Of a stretch of DNA of 57,592 bases, positions 7,402 through 14,884 are shown piece after piece (the first letter of the stretch is position 1; each line of letters begins with the position of its first letter). The translations under genes were made by a program, and so were the position numbers. The stretch is from Patescibacteria group bacterium (GTDB taxonomy: Bacteria > Patescibacteriota > Doudnabacteria > UBA920). The notes beneath the pieces are model-generated. The model ran no database searches and had not been told where the DNA came from. It saw only the letters and a program-made list of their open reading frames with translations. Location of the stretch: positions 1 through 57,592 of the forward strand of contig JBBTRN010000002.1 in assembly GCA_038065175.1 (NCBI GenBank), written 5' to 3'.

Positions 7402-9765
7402 CTACTCCTTCTTTTTATAAGGTTTTTTCGGTTTTGGAGGATTCGCTTTCCAATCCTCGAAAGCTTTTTGTAGTTGTTCCTGATTTTCCGGTTTGGCGTT
7501 CATTACAAATGTACAGTCAGGAAAGCGGGTGCAGGCAAAAAAGGCTTTGCCCCGGCCGCGTGATTTTTTTTCAACAATGTCGCCAATCAGCTTTGCTGAT
7601 TGTCCCGAGCGATCTTCGGCGTTAGCCGAAGGAGTCGAGGGGCGGGTTTCGTGTTGAGGGGTTCGACTTCGCTCACCCTCTTGCTTCGCAAGACAATTAG
7701 GACACTTAAACCCGGTTTTGTTCCAGATTTTACTTATGCCTTTGCATTTGGGATAGTCGCTACAGCCCAGGAAAAAGCCAAATCGCCCGCGCCTTACATC
7801 CATCTGTTTGCCGCAAATTGGGCAAAGTTCGCCTTTAGTTTTTTCTTCCAGTTCTTTTATTTTTGCCGCTTCTTCGGGCATGGGCTGGGTAATTTTACTG
7901 CCTTCTTCCGGGCAAGCGAGGAATTTGCCGTTTCGGCCGTATTTTATAAGCATCATTTTATTGCAATGCTCGCATGGGATGTTAGAAAGCTCAACCTTTT
8001 TTTCTACGGTTTTTTCTTTTTCTATGAGATGCTGTTTAAACGGGCCGTAAAATTCCTTCATTACTTCCACCCATTTTATTTTACCTTCGGCTATAAGGTC
8101 TAATTCTTCTTCAATATGGGAAGTGAAGTTAATATCCACAATTTCCGGGAAATGTTCGACCAGCATATCGTTTACTAAAAAACCCTCTTCAGTGGGGGAG
8201 TATTTTTTTTCCTGTTTGTCCACATAGCCCCGGTCTTGGATGGTCGAAAGGGTTGGCGCGTAAGTCGAAGGTCTGCCTATACCGTGGGCTTCCAGGGCTT
8301 TAATTAAAGTGGCATCACTGTAGCGTGCCGGAGGTTCTGTAAAATGTTGGAGGGGCAGGAGCTCATGTAATTTTAATTTTTCGTCAACCGATAGTTCAGG
8401 CAGACTGCCTTCTATTTCATCTTCTGCTTTTTCGTCCGTGCCTTCGGTGTAGGCGCGGATAAAACCATCAAACTTTACTATTTGGCCGTTTGCCCTGAAT
8501 GTTGCGTGTTGCGTGTTGCGAGTTGCGAGTATATCCACCGCAGTTTGTTCTAAAACTGCCGGCGCCATTTGGCAGGCTACCGTGCGTTTCCAAATAAGCC
8601 CGTACAGTTTTTTTTGGCCGGCATCTAAATATTTTTCAATACTGTCCGGCGTTAGGGTAACATCGGCCGGGCGGATGGCCTCGTGCGCTTCCTGCGCGCC
8701 TTTGCTTTTGTTAGTAAAATGCCTAGGTTCAGTTAAAACGTATTCTTTGCCAAAGTGCTCCCCAATAACTTGCTTAATTGCAATCATAGCCGACTGTGCT
8801 AAATTCAAGCTGTCAGTACGCATATAGGTAATTAGACCTGTGTGGCCTTCGGGCCCTAAATTAATCCCTTCGTAAAGCTGTTGGGCAATAACCATGGTTT
8901 GTTTGGCAGACATGCCAAACTTACGGGCGGCTTCCTGCTGCAGGGTGGAGGTAATAAAAGGAGGTGCGGGGTTGCGCTTGACTTCTTTTTGGTTTATGCC
9001 GGCTACTGCGTATTCCGCGCCGTTTAAACCAGCCGCGATTTTTTTTGCATCAGCTTCTTGGTTTATGTCCATCTTGCCGATTTTTTTGCCGTTGATTTCG
9101 TGAAGTTTAGCAACGAAGACCCGTTTTGTATCACCAAGTTTTGATAATTTCGCTTCTATGCTCCAGTATTCTTCTTGTTTGAAATTTTGGATTTCCCGTT
9201 CGCGTTCCACGACTAAACGCACAGCCACGCTTTGCACCCGCCCGGCGCTTAACCCATAACGGATTTTGCGCCACAAAAATGGGGAAAGTTCGTAGCCTAC
9301 GAGCCTGTCTAAGACGCGCCTTGCCTGCTGGGCATCGACTAAATTTAAATCCAAATCGCGAGGGTTTTTCATGGCTTCGTCTATGGCGGATTTAGTAATT
9401 TCGTGGAAAACTATACGTTTTATCCGCTTGTCTTCTTTGCCTTTGGAGATTTCCGCTTCATCGCCTAAATCTAAAGCCTGCACCAAATGCCAGGAAATAG
9501 CCTCGCCTTCGCGGTCTTCGTCAGTCGCTAATATTATAGAGGGCGCGTTTTTGGCATCTTTTTTAAGTTCCATAACGATTTCTTTGGCTTTGGGCGGGAT
9601 AATATAGACAGGTTCAAAGTCATGCTCAACATCTATAGAGAGCTTGCTTTTAGGTAAATCCCGCACATGGCCCATGCTGGCTTTAACCGTATAAGCCCCG
9701 CCCAAAAAACGCGAAATGGTTTTCGCTTTTGTCGGGGACTCGACGATGATGAGGGGTTTGGGCAT
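7402..9765 (-). CDS. topA: DNA topoisomerase I
   Basis: Toprim start MPKPLIIVESPTKAKTI, DEDREGEAI, active-site ITYMRTDS, and several C-terminal CxxC zinc ribbons. Start chosen at ATG 9765 rather than 9783. Confidence 0.9.
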   Translation of the reverse strand: MPKPLIIVESPTKAKTISRFLGGAYTVKASMGHVRDLPKSKLSIDVEHDFEPVYIIPPKAKEIVMELKKDAKNAPSIILATDEDREGEAISWHLVQALDLGDEAEISKGKEDKRIKRIVFHEITKSAIDEAMKNPRDLDLNLVDAQQARRVLDRLVGYELSPFLWRKIRYGLSAGRVQSVAVRLVVEREREIQNFKQEEYWSIEAKLSKLGDTKRVFVAKLHEINGKKIGKMDINQEADAKKIAAGLNGAEYAVAGINQKEVKRNPAPPFITSTLQQEAARKFGMSAKQTMVIAQQLYEGINLGPEGHTGLITYMRTDSLNLAQSAMIAIKQVIGEHFGKEYVLTEPRHFTNKSKGAQEAHEAIRPADVTLTPDSIEKYLDAGQKKLYGLIWKRTVACQMAPAVLEQTAVDILATRNTQHATFRANGQIVKFDGFIRAYTEGTDEKAEDEIEGSLPELSVDEKLKLHELLPLQHFTEPPARYSDATLIKALEAHGIGRPSTYAPTLSTIQDRGYVDKQEKKYSPTEEGFLVNDMLVEHFPEIVDINFTSHIEEELDLIAEGKIKWVEVMKEFYGPFKQHLIEKEKTVEKKVELSNIPCEHCNKMMLIKYGRNGKFLACPEEGSKITQPMPEEAAKIKELEEKTKGELCPICGKQMDVRRGRFGFFLGCSDYPKCKGISKIWNKTGFKCPNCLAKQEGERSRTPQHETRPSTPSANAEDRSGQSAKLIGDIVEKKSRGRGKAFFACTRFPDCTFVMNAKPENQEQLQKAFEDWKANPPKPKKPYKKKE
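7601..7695 (-). repeat. Palindromic repeat element inside the topA zinc-ribbon coding region
   Basis: tgtcccgagcg...cttcgcaagaca has ends related to the gtcattgcgag family. It encodes LAKQEGERSRTPQHETRPSTPSANAEDRSGQSAK between CPNC and GDIVEKKSRGRGKAFFAC. Confidence 0.6.
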
Positions 9766-9857
9766 ATATCTACAAAACAACAAATTTATACGAATCTACA
9801 AATGACTACAAATACAAAAGTGAGTTTAACCATAAAAAAAATAATTGTCAACTTTTT

Positions 9858-9981
9858 GTCATTGTAAGGAGCGAAGCGACTAAGCAATCTGTCGTAAGCG
9901 CATTAAAAAGATTGCTTCGGTCCTCGACTCTGAGGGACGAACGGAATCGCTCGGACTCGAATGAGATGCACTCGCAATGAC
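9858..9981. repeat. Composite palindromic repeat, mirror image of 6791-6940 (short unit B' 9858-9889, unit A inverted 9910-9981)
   Basis: The reverse complement of 9910-9981 equals 6791-6862 except at 2 positions. Confidence 0.85.
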
Positions 9982-10061
9982 AAACGAACACGCTTGCTTT
10001 TTTCAGAGAGAGAGAGTATTCTAAAAAGCAAACACAAACCACTTGAAAAGGAGGTGATTAC

Positions 10062-10394
10062 ATGTCAATACGACTTAAGGAATTGGAAGCATGCATAGCT
10101 TACGATCTGCACGCCTGGCCTTCGTTGACTCCAGCCGGACAAAGGCTCTTAACAAGAATAAGAGCCGATGCCAAGCACAAGCCAAACGGTAAGGTCGGGC
10201 TGGAACTGGCTTGTCTTCTGGCACCGTCGTTCAGGAACATGCCGTCTAAGACCGCCACTGACGCAGACAAGCGTCGTGCCGCCCGTCGTCTGCCCGTGGT
10301 AGAAGCCCGGCAACAGCGCCACGAAGATCGGGTTTGGAAGTCCCGTACCGCTGGAATTCCCCACTACGCGGGACAGCGTCGGTCAAGGTTGTAA
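10062..10394 (+). CDS. Hypothetical basic protein (110 aa), high-GC cassette 1
   Basis: AAGGAGG lies 7 nt upstream of the ATG. Composition is GC-rich. Its own hairpin terminator follows. Confidence 0.5.
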   Translation: MSIRLKELEACIAYDLHAWPSLTPAGQRLLTRIRADAKHKPNGKVGLELACLLAPSFRNMPSKTATDADKRRAARRLPVVEARQQRHEDRVWKSRTAGIPHYAGQRRSRL

Positions 10395-10408
10395 CGCAAC
10401 CAACTGGT

Positions 10409-10436
10409 GGGCGGCGCGAATGCAAGCGTGCCGCCC
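10409..10436 (+). terminator. GC-rich hairpin after cassette 1 (gggcggcgcg-aatgcaa-gcgtgccgccc)
   Basis: A 9/10-bp stem. It is a near-duplicate of the hairpin at 10711. Confidence 0.5.
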
Positions 10437-10470
10437 TCAACATTTTGTCATTCGATAGGAGGTGAAATAC

Positions 10471-10704
10471 ATGAAGGTGCCAGAACAAGCACGGTCTTGG
10501 GTACTTATTATGCTGTTGTTTGCGGCGATTGCTTTTCTAATAGCCGTGAATATTCAGCAGTACACATGGCGGCCTCATAACGAGGAGTATTGGTTCGAGC
10601 AATACTTCTGGCCGCGCCACGCGGCGTGGTGGGCCAAAACCGGCATGTGGGCCAGTGTTGGAATTATGGCAATCCTGTTCCATCGTTGGAAACGACCCGG
10701 TTGA
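10471..10704 (+). CDS. Hypothetical small two-TM, Trp-rich membrane protein (77 aa), high-GC cassette 2
   Basis: AGGAGG lies 8 nt upstream of the ATG at 10471. Two hydrophobic helices are present (WVLIMLLFAAIAFLIAV, MWASVGIMAILF). Confidence 0.5.
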   Translation: MKVPEQARSWVLIMLLFAAIAFLIAVNIQQYTWRPHNEEYWFEQYFWPRHAAWWAKTGMWASVGIMAILFHRWKRPG

Positions 10705-10710
10705 GCGTTA

Positions 10711-10747
10711 GGGCGGCGCGAATGCCAGCGCGCCGTCCATTTTTTTA
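10711..10747 (+). terminator. Rho-independent terminator after cassette 2
   Basis: gggcggcgcg-aatgcca-gcgcgccgtcc followed by tttttttt. Confidence 0.65.
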
Positions 10748-10750
10748 TTT

Positions 10751-10787
10751 CACCCCCTCCTAGCCTCCCCCCTCAAGGGGGAGGAAA
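10751..10787 (+). repeat. GGGAGG-hairpin repeat (solo copy) overlapping the capA stop
   Basis: caccccctcctagcctcccccctcaagggggaggaaa. It supplies the CapA C-terminal residues LPLEGGG. Confidence 0.8.
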
Positions 10788-12061
10788 CGGGAGGGGATTT
10801 TTATTTTTTCTAAAATTTCTTTACTTTCTTTTTCATCCGCCAAGCGGGGAGTGGAGTAGTTGTCTATAATAATCGGGATCAATTCTATACTATCTAAAGT
10901 CGCCGGTGTTCTCGGCCCTTGCAAATTATTTTGAAATTTGAAATTTGAAATTTGGATTTTTAATGCCAGCCCTTCCCTGGTTTTTTGGCTCCACATTTGG
11001 TCAAAAATAAAATTACCCAAAGAATAAAAAATGTATTTTGGGTTGGCGCATTGTGATTCAGAATCACCCTCCCCTAGCCCCTCCCCTCGAGGGAGGGGAA
11101 TTAAAGCAGTCTCCTCCCCCTTGAGGGGGGAGGTTGGGAGGGGGTGTGGACAGTACAACTCTATTTCTTGCACCCAGTGCGGGTGGTGGCCAATTACCAT
11201 ATTTGCCCCGGCATCTATGGCGGCATGCGCGAAATCTATTTGCGCTTGATTAGGTTTGGTGGTGTATTCGGTGCCGGCGTGCATACTTGCGACTACAAAG
11301 TCGCAAGTAGATGCTAGATACGAGATACTAGATTTTAGTCTGTCTAAGTCCTGAATCCTTGCCACATAATTATTCGTAGTTTTGCCGTTGTCGTTTATGG
11401 AAGCGTAAGATGCGCCAATAAAACATAGTTTAATCCCGTTTTGTTCAATCACTACAGGCGCCCAAGCGTCATCTAAGGTCATTCCAGCACCAGTGTGCTT
11501 GATACTATTTTCATTAAGATAGTTGATTGTGTATTCCAGTCCATCCAAACCCTGGTCTAGCGCGTGATTGTTGGCAAGGTTCAAAATTTTAAATTTATTT
11601 TCCACCAAACCTTTTATATTATCTCGCGGGGCATTAAAAATCATTGAGCCGGTCGGGTTAAAATTATCGCTGTCTGAAAATGGACTTTCCAGATTTGCAA
11701 AAGAAAAATCTACGCTTTCGAACAAGTCATCCAGCGTCCTAAAAGGTAATAGGGGATCGTTGGTATCCTTAATTTTTTGTGCGACATTCCTGGAAAGCAT
11801 AATGTCGCCCACGGCTAAAAATGTTGCATCTGACTTTTGAATAGCACGATTGGAGCGGCCGCTCAAATCGTGCGCTTTGTTGTAAAAGCCCCAAAGCTCG
11901 TTTTGGGTTTCTTGGGAAAGTTCTATTTCGCGGTTTTGATTTTTAAAAGCAAATTGATTGTTATCGCGTTTAAAAAATCCAAACAGGATAATAACAACAA
12001 CCAGTGTAGGAACTAGAAATTTTAGATGTTTGGCGTCCATTTGGAATTTGTAATTTGTCAT
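10760..12061 (-). CDS. CapA/PGA_cap family metallophosphatase-like protein (poly-gamma-glutamate capsule synthesis CapA family)
   Basis: FLAVGDIM, NLESP, NLANNHALD, MHAGTEY and GHHPH motifs, plus an N-terminal TM helix. Confidence 0.75.
   Translation of the reverse strand: MTNYKFQMDAKHLKFLVPTLVVVIILFGFFKRDNNQFAFKNQNREIELSQETQNELWGFYNKAHDLSGRSNRAIQKSDATFLAVGDIMLSRNVAQKIKDTNDPLLPFRTLDDLFESVDFSFANLESPFSDSDNFNPTGSMIFNAPRDNIKGLVENKFKILNLANNHALDQGLDGLEYTINYLNENSIKHTGAGMTLDDAWAPVVIEQNGIKLCFIGASYASINDNGKTTNNYVARIQDLDRLKSSISYLASTCDFVVASMHAGTEYTTKPNQAQIDFAHAAIDAGANMVIGHHPHWVQEIELYCPHPLPTSPLKGEETALIPLPRGEGLGEGDSESQCANPKYIFYSLGNFIFDQMWSQKTREGLALKIQISNFKFQNNLQGPRTPATLDSIELIPIIIDNYSTPRLADEKESKEILEKIKIPSRFLPLEGGG
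11065..11148. repeat. Two GGGAGG-hairpin repeats in opposite orientation, inserted in frame in capA (84 nt)
   Basis: caccctcccctagcccctcccctcgagggaggggaa + ttaaagca + tctcctcccccttgaggggggaggttgggagggggtgtgg. It encodes HPLPTSPLKGEETALIPLPRGEGLGEGD. Confidence 0.8.
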
Positions 12062-12079
12062 TTGAAATTTCCGTTCCCG

Positions 12080-13321
12080 CTAGCGGGAACGGATGTATTG
12101 CTGTCCGCCCAAATTCCTTATTTTACCTTTCATTTCCAAAAATGTTAAGGCCGACGTGACTTCGCCAACATCCAGACCGGAAGACTTGATGATCTCGTTG
12201 ATAATTATAGGTTCCTTGTTGATTATCTCAAGTAATTTATTTTCTACCGGATTGTCGCCAAAAATATTTTGATTTTCAACTTCTTCGGGCAAGCTTTTTA
12301 AATTTAAATCTTCTAAAATATCATTAGCTTCGGTCACCGCCTTAGCGCCCATCTTTATGAGATTGTTCGGACCCTTGCTCATTTCCGCGTAAATTGGCCC
12401 AGGCACGGCATAGACCTGGCGGTTTTGTTCCAGCGCGTGCTTGGCTGTTATTAGCGAACCTGACTTTAAATCGCATTCAACTACCAATGTGCCAATGCTC
12501 ATGCCGGAAATAATCCGGTTGCGCGCTACGAAATGCTGTTTGAAGTTAGGCGTTAAGGGAGGATATTCGGAGAGAAGGGCGCCGCCGTTGTCCAAGATTT
12601 CTTGGGCGAGCAGCTGGTGGTGTTTTGGGTACAGAGATTTATTATCTAAGCCTCCGCCTAAAACGGCGATTGTCCTTTTTCCTTTTATTAATGCTTGCTT
12701 ATGCGCTTCGCTGTCTACGCCAAAAGCCATACCGGAAACAATCACCGCGCCCGCTTGAACCAGGGGCGCTACTAAATCGGGAATCACACTTCGTCCGTAT
12801 GTGGCAATGTTTCTGGTGCCGACCACGGCAAAACATAATTCATCAGCATTTTCCATTATCCCTCGGTAATATAACAGTACGGGAAATTTAGGGATTTCCA
12901 AAAGTAGCTTAGGGTAATTAACGTCATTTTGGGCTATAATACCAATTCCTTCATTCTCCATTAGGGATTTTTCAACATTTAAATTTATTTTCGGCTTCTT
13001 TTCCAGCCAGGCATCCACGACTTCGTTTTCCAGTCCTGCTTTTATAAGTTCGTGTTTGGAGGCCTTAAAAGCGCGCTCGAAATCGTTCTCAAAATGGTTT
13101 GCGAGCTTAAAAAGCCGCGTTGGGCCAAATTGAGGCAGAAGGTTAAAGCTGTGTAAATAAAGGGGGTTTTCCCGAATTGGGGTTGACATAAAGCCTAAAA
13201 GGGTATATAATATTAAATCTAGTCTTGTGCCCGTTATCCTGTCTGTAGGTCGTGAGTTCCGGAAGACATCCCTCCTAACTTTTGGAATTTGCATCAAGTA
13301 AAGGTTCAAATGCGTTTGCAT
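12080..13321 (-). CDS. dprA: DNA-processing protein DprA (Smf)
   Basis: GTRNIATYG, VSGMAFGVDSEAH, AVLGGGLD, RNRIISG, VVECDLKSGSLITA and AVPG, plus a C-terminal wHTH-like tail. The alternative start at ATG 13189 would remove a poorly conserved N-terminus. Confidence 0.85.
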   Translation of the reverse strand: MQTHLNLYLMQIPKVRRDVFRNSRPTDRITGTRLDLILYTLLGFMSTPIRENPLYLHSFNLLPQFGPTRLFKLANHFENDFERAFKASKHELIKAGLENEVVDAWLEKKPKINLNVEKSLMENEGIGIIAQNDVNYPKLLLEIPKFPVLLYYRGIMENADELCFAVVGTRNIATYGRSVIPDLVAPLVQAGAVIVSGMAFGVDSEAHKQALIKGKRTIAVLGGGLDNKSLYPKHHQLLAQEILDNGGALLSEYPPLTPNFKQHFVARNRIISGMSIGTLVVECDLKSGSLITAKHALEQNRQVYAVPGPIYAEMSKGPNNLIKMGAKAVTEANDILEDLNLKSLPEEVENQNIFGDNPVENKLLEIINKEPIIINEIIKSSGLDVGEVTSALTFLEMKGKIRNLGGQQYIRSR

Positions 13322-13354
13322 TTAACCTTTCACCTGCAGGTGGGGTAGTGGACA

Positions 13355-13384
13355 CAAAAAACTCCGTATGACGGAGTTTTTTTA
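13355..13384. terminator. Bidirectional hairpin (aaaaaactccgt-atg-acggagttttttt)
   Basis: A perfect stem flanked by A-run and T-run, located downstream of pth on the minus strand. Confidence 0.6.
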
Positions 13385-13387
13385 ATT

Positions 13388-14023
13388 TCAAATTTCAAAT
13401 TTCAAATTTCCAATAAATTTTTCGATTTCGTCATTCACTTTAGGAAATACCTCTGCTTGGAGTTTTTTGAGTTCATCAGCCGTAAAGTTTTGCAGGACAA
13501 AGGCGTCGGTGGGCATATCATTGCGCGATTGCCTTGATTCTACTCCAATGCGAATTCTATGGAAATTTTGGGTACCTAATTTATCTATAATATCTTGCAC
13601 CCCGTTGTGCCCGGCTGATGAGGATGAATCGGCCGTTCTTATGGTGCCTAGTGGCAAATCGGAGTCATCGTGGATTATCAGTAAATCTTTAGAGATATCC
13701 GTTTTGTAAAAGTTCACAATTTCAGAAACAGCCTTGCCCGAGTCGTTCATAAAGGTTTGGGGTTTTACCAAGATATAATCCGAATGCCCCGGATTATTAT
13801 CCCCGCCATCGCTAAAGCTTCCCCCTTCGTTAAAACTTCGGAGGACAGGTTGGGGGGCAGGCAAATGATCCGAAAACAGAATCTCTGAATCGAATTTTTT
13901 CTGCCAACTTTCCACTTTATACTTTTCACTTTCAACTAGCTGGTCAAGCGTCAGCCACCCGGTATTATGCCGCGTGTGTTCGTATTTAGCCCCCGGGTTG
14001 CCTAAGCCTACAATAATTTTCAT
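13388..14023 (-). CDS. pth: Peptidyl-tRNA hydrolase
   Basis: GLGNPGAKYEHTRHNTG, FMNDSGKAV and IIHDDSDLPLG motifs. At 211 aa it is about 25-30 aa longer than usual because of an internal repeat-like segment. Confidence 0.85.
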   Translation of the reverse strand: MKIIVGLGNPGAKYEHTRHNTGWLTLDQLVESEKYKVESWQKKFDSEILFSDHLPAPQPVLRSFNEGGSFSDGGDNNPGHSDYILVKPQTFMNDSGKAVSEIVNFYKTDISKDLLIIHDDSDLPLGTIRTADSSSSAGHNGVQDIIDKLGTQNFHRIRIGVESRQSRNDMPTDAFVLQNFTADELKKLQAEVFPKVNDEIEKFIGNLKFEI

Positions 14024-14493
14024 AGCTTTTTAAATCCTTTGCGGAAAATTTTAAAGAATTCTTTTGTTGAAAGAATTTGAAAAGGCCAGTCCAGATTTTT
14101 TAGTTTTGGTTGAAGGATATGTTTTTTATCCAGCGAAACAAGGAAATCGGCCTCCGCGTCCAGCGCACCCGCAAGGACGGGCATATCTTTGGCCGGTAGC
14201 AATCCGTCTAATTTTTTAACAAGGACTGGGTTAGGGCTAATAGTGCTAATTTTTGGAGCTGCTGTTTTTATAAGCCTGTAATAATCATTTAATTTTTTTA
14301 GTGCTTTTAAAAGCAGATTTCGTTCCGCTTCTTCCAATACATGATTATTGGCAAAAGCCTGAATTAACCCCGCCTCGGCCAGGCGGCAAATTAAAAAAGA
14401 GCCACCTTGTGGGGACATGGCGGCAGAAAACCAGACATTGGCATCTAAGAATATCTTATATTTTGTCACTGGATTTTTTTTTGATGACTGCAA
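14020..14493 (-). CDS. PIN-domain toxin (VapC-like)
   Basis: IFLDANVWFSAA N-terminal acidic motif and VSLDKKHIL distal acidic motif. The stop overlaps the pth start (ATGA). Confidence 0.6.
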   Translation of the reverse strand: MQSSKKNPVTKYKIFLDANVWFSAAMSPQGGSFLICRLAEAGLIQAFANNHVLEEAERNLLLKALKKLNDYYRLIKTAAPKISTISPNPVLVKKLDGLLPAKDMPVLAGALDAEADFLVSLDKKHILQPKLKNLDWPFQILSTKEFFKIFRKGFKKL

Positions 14494-14671
14494 GAATCAT
14501 CTGTTTTTGCTTGGAGTTTAACCTGTCGTCTTTTTTAAATTGCCTTAGGTCGGAGGATGAGTATTCATCTATGGGGAAAGACTGTTTTGTTAAAGCCAGC
14601 ACACGGTCAAAAGTCCTAGCTTTTTCCAGGAGCGATTGATAGGTCTTCGTTGGGACGGTTATAGTTTGCAT
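14456..14671 (-). CDS. Putative cognate antitoxin (72 aa)
   Basis: A small ORF directly upstream of the PIN gene and overlapping it. Start set at MQTITVPTKTY (ATG 14671). No fold recognised. Confidence 0.4.
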   Translation of the reverse strand: MQTITVPTKTYQSLLEKARTFDRVLALTKQSFPIDEYSSSDLRQFKKDDRLNSKQKQMILAVIKKKSSDKI

Positions 14672-14884
14672 ATAGGATATGTTGAATAATTTCATAGGTA
14701 TTATACAACCCGTTGACGAATGTGGCAAATTGTGATATTTTTAGCTGTCTTTCGGTTTACCGCAAATGTGCGGAGTTTTATCTTCCTATTTTTCGTGTGA
14801 GGTGTAATTTAATCGGAGTGCCATACCCCGGTACCAGTCGTTTCTAGATAAATCGGGACTCCGGTACGGGGCAAGGAAATCCTC

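Noticed and set aside
10395-10747. The duplicated hairpins after the two mini-island ORFs as integron attC sites (gene cassettes).
   Set aside because: No intI gene or attI is in the window. The hairpins lack clear RYYYAAC/GTTRRRY ends and extrahelical bases, and the second hairpin is followed by a T-run. They are best read as intrinsic terminators.
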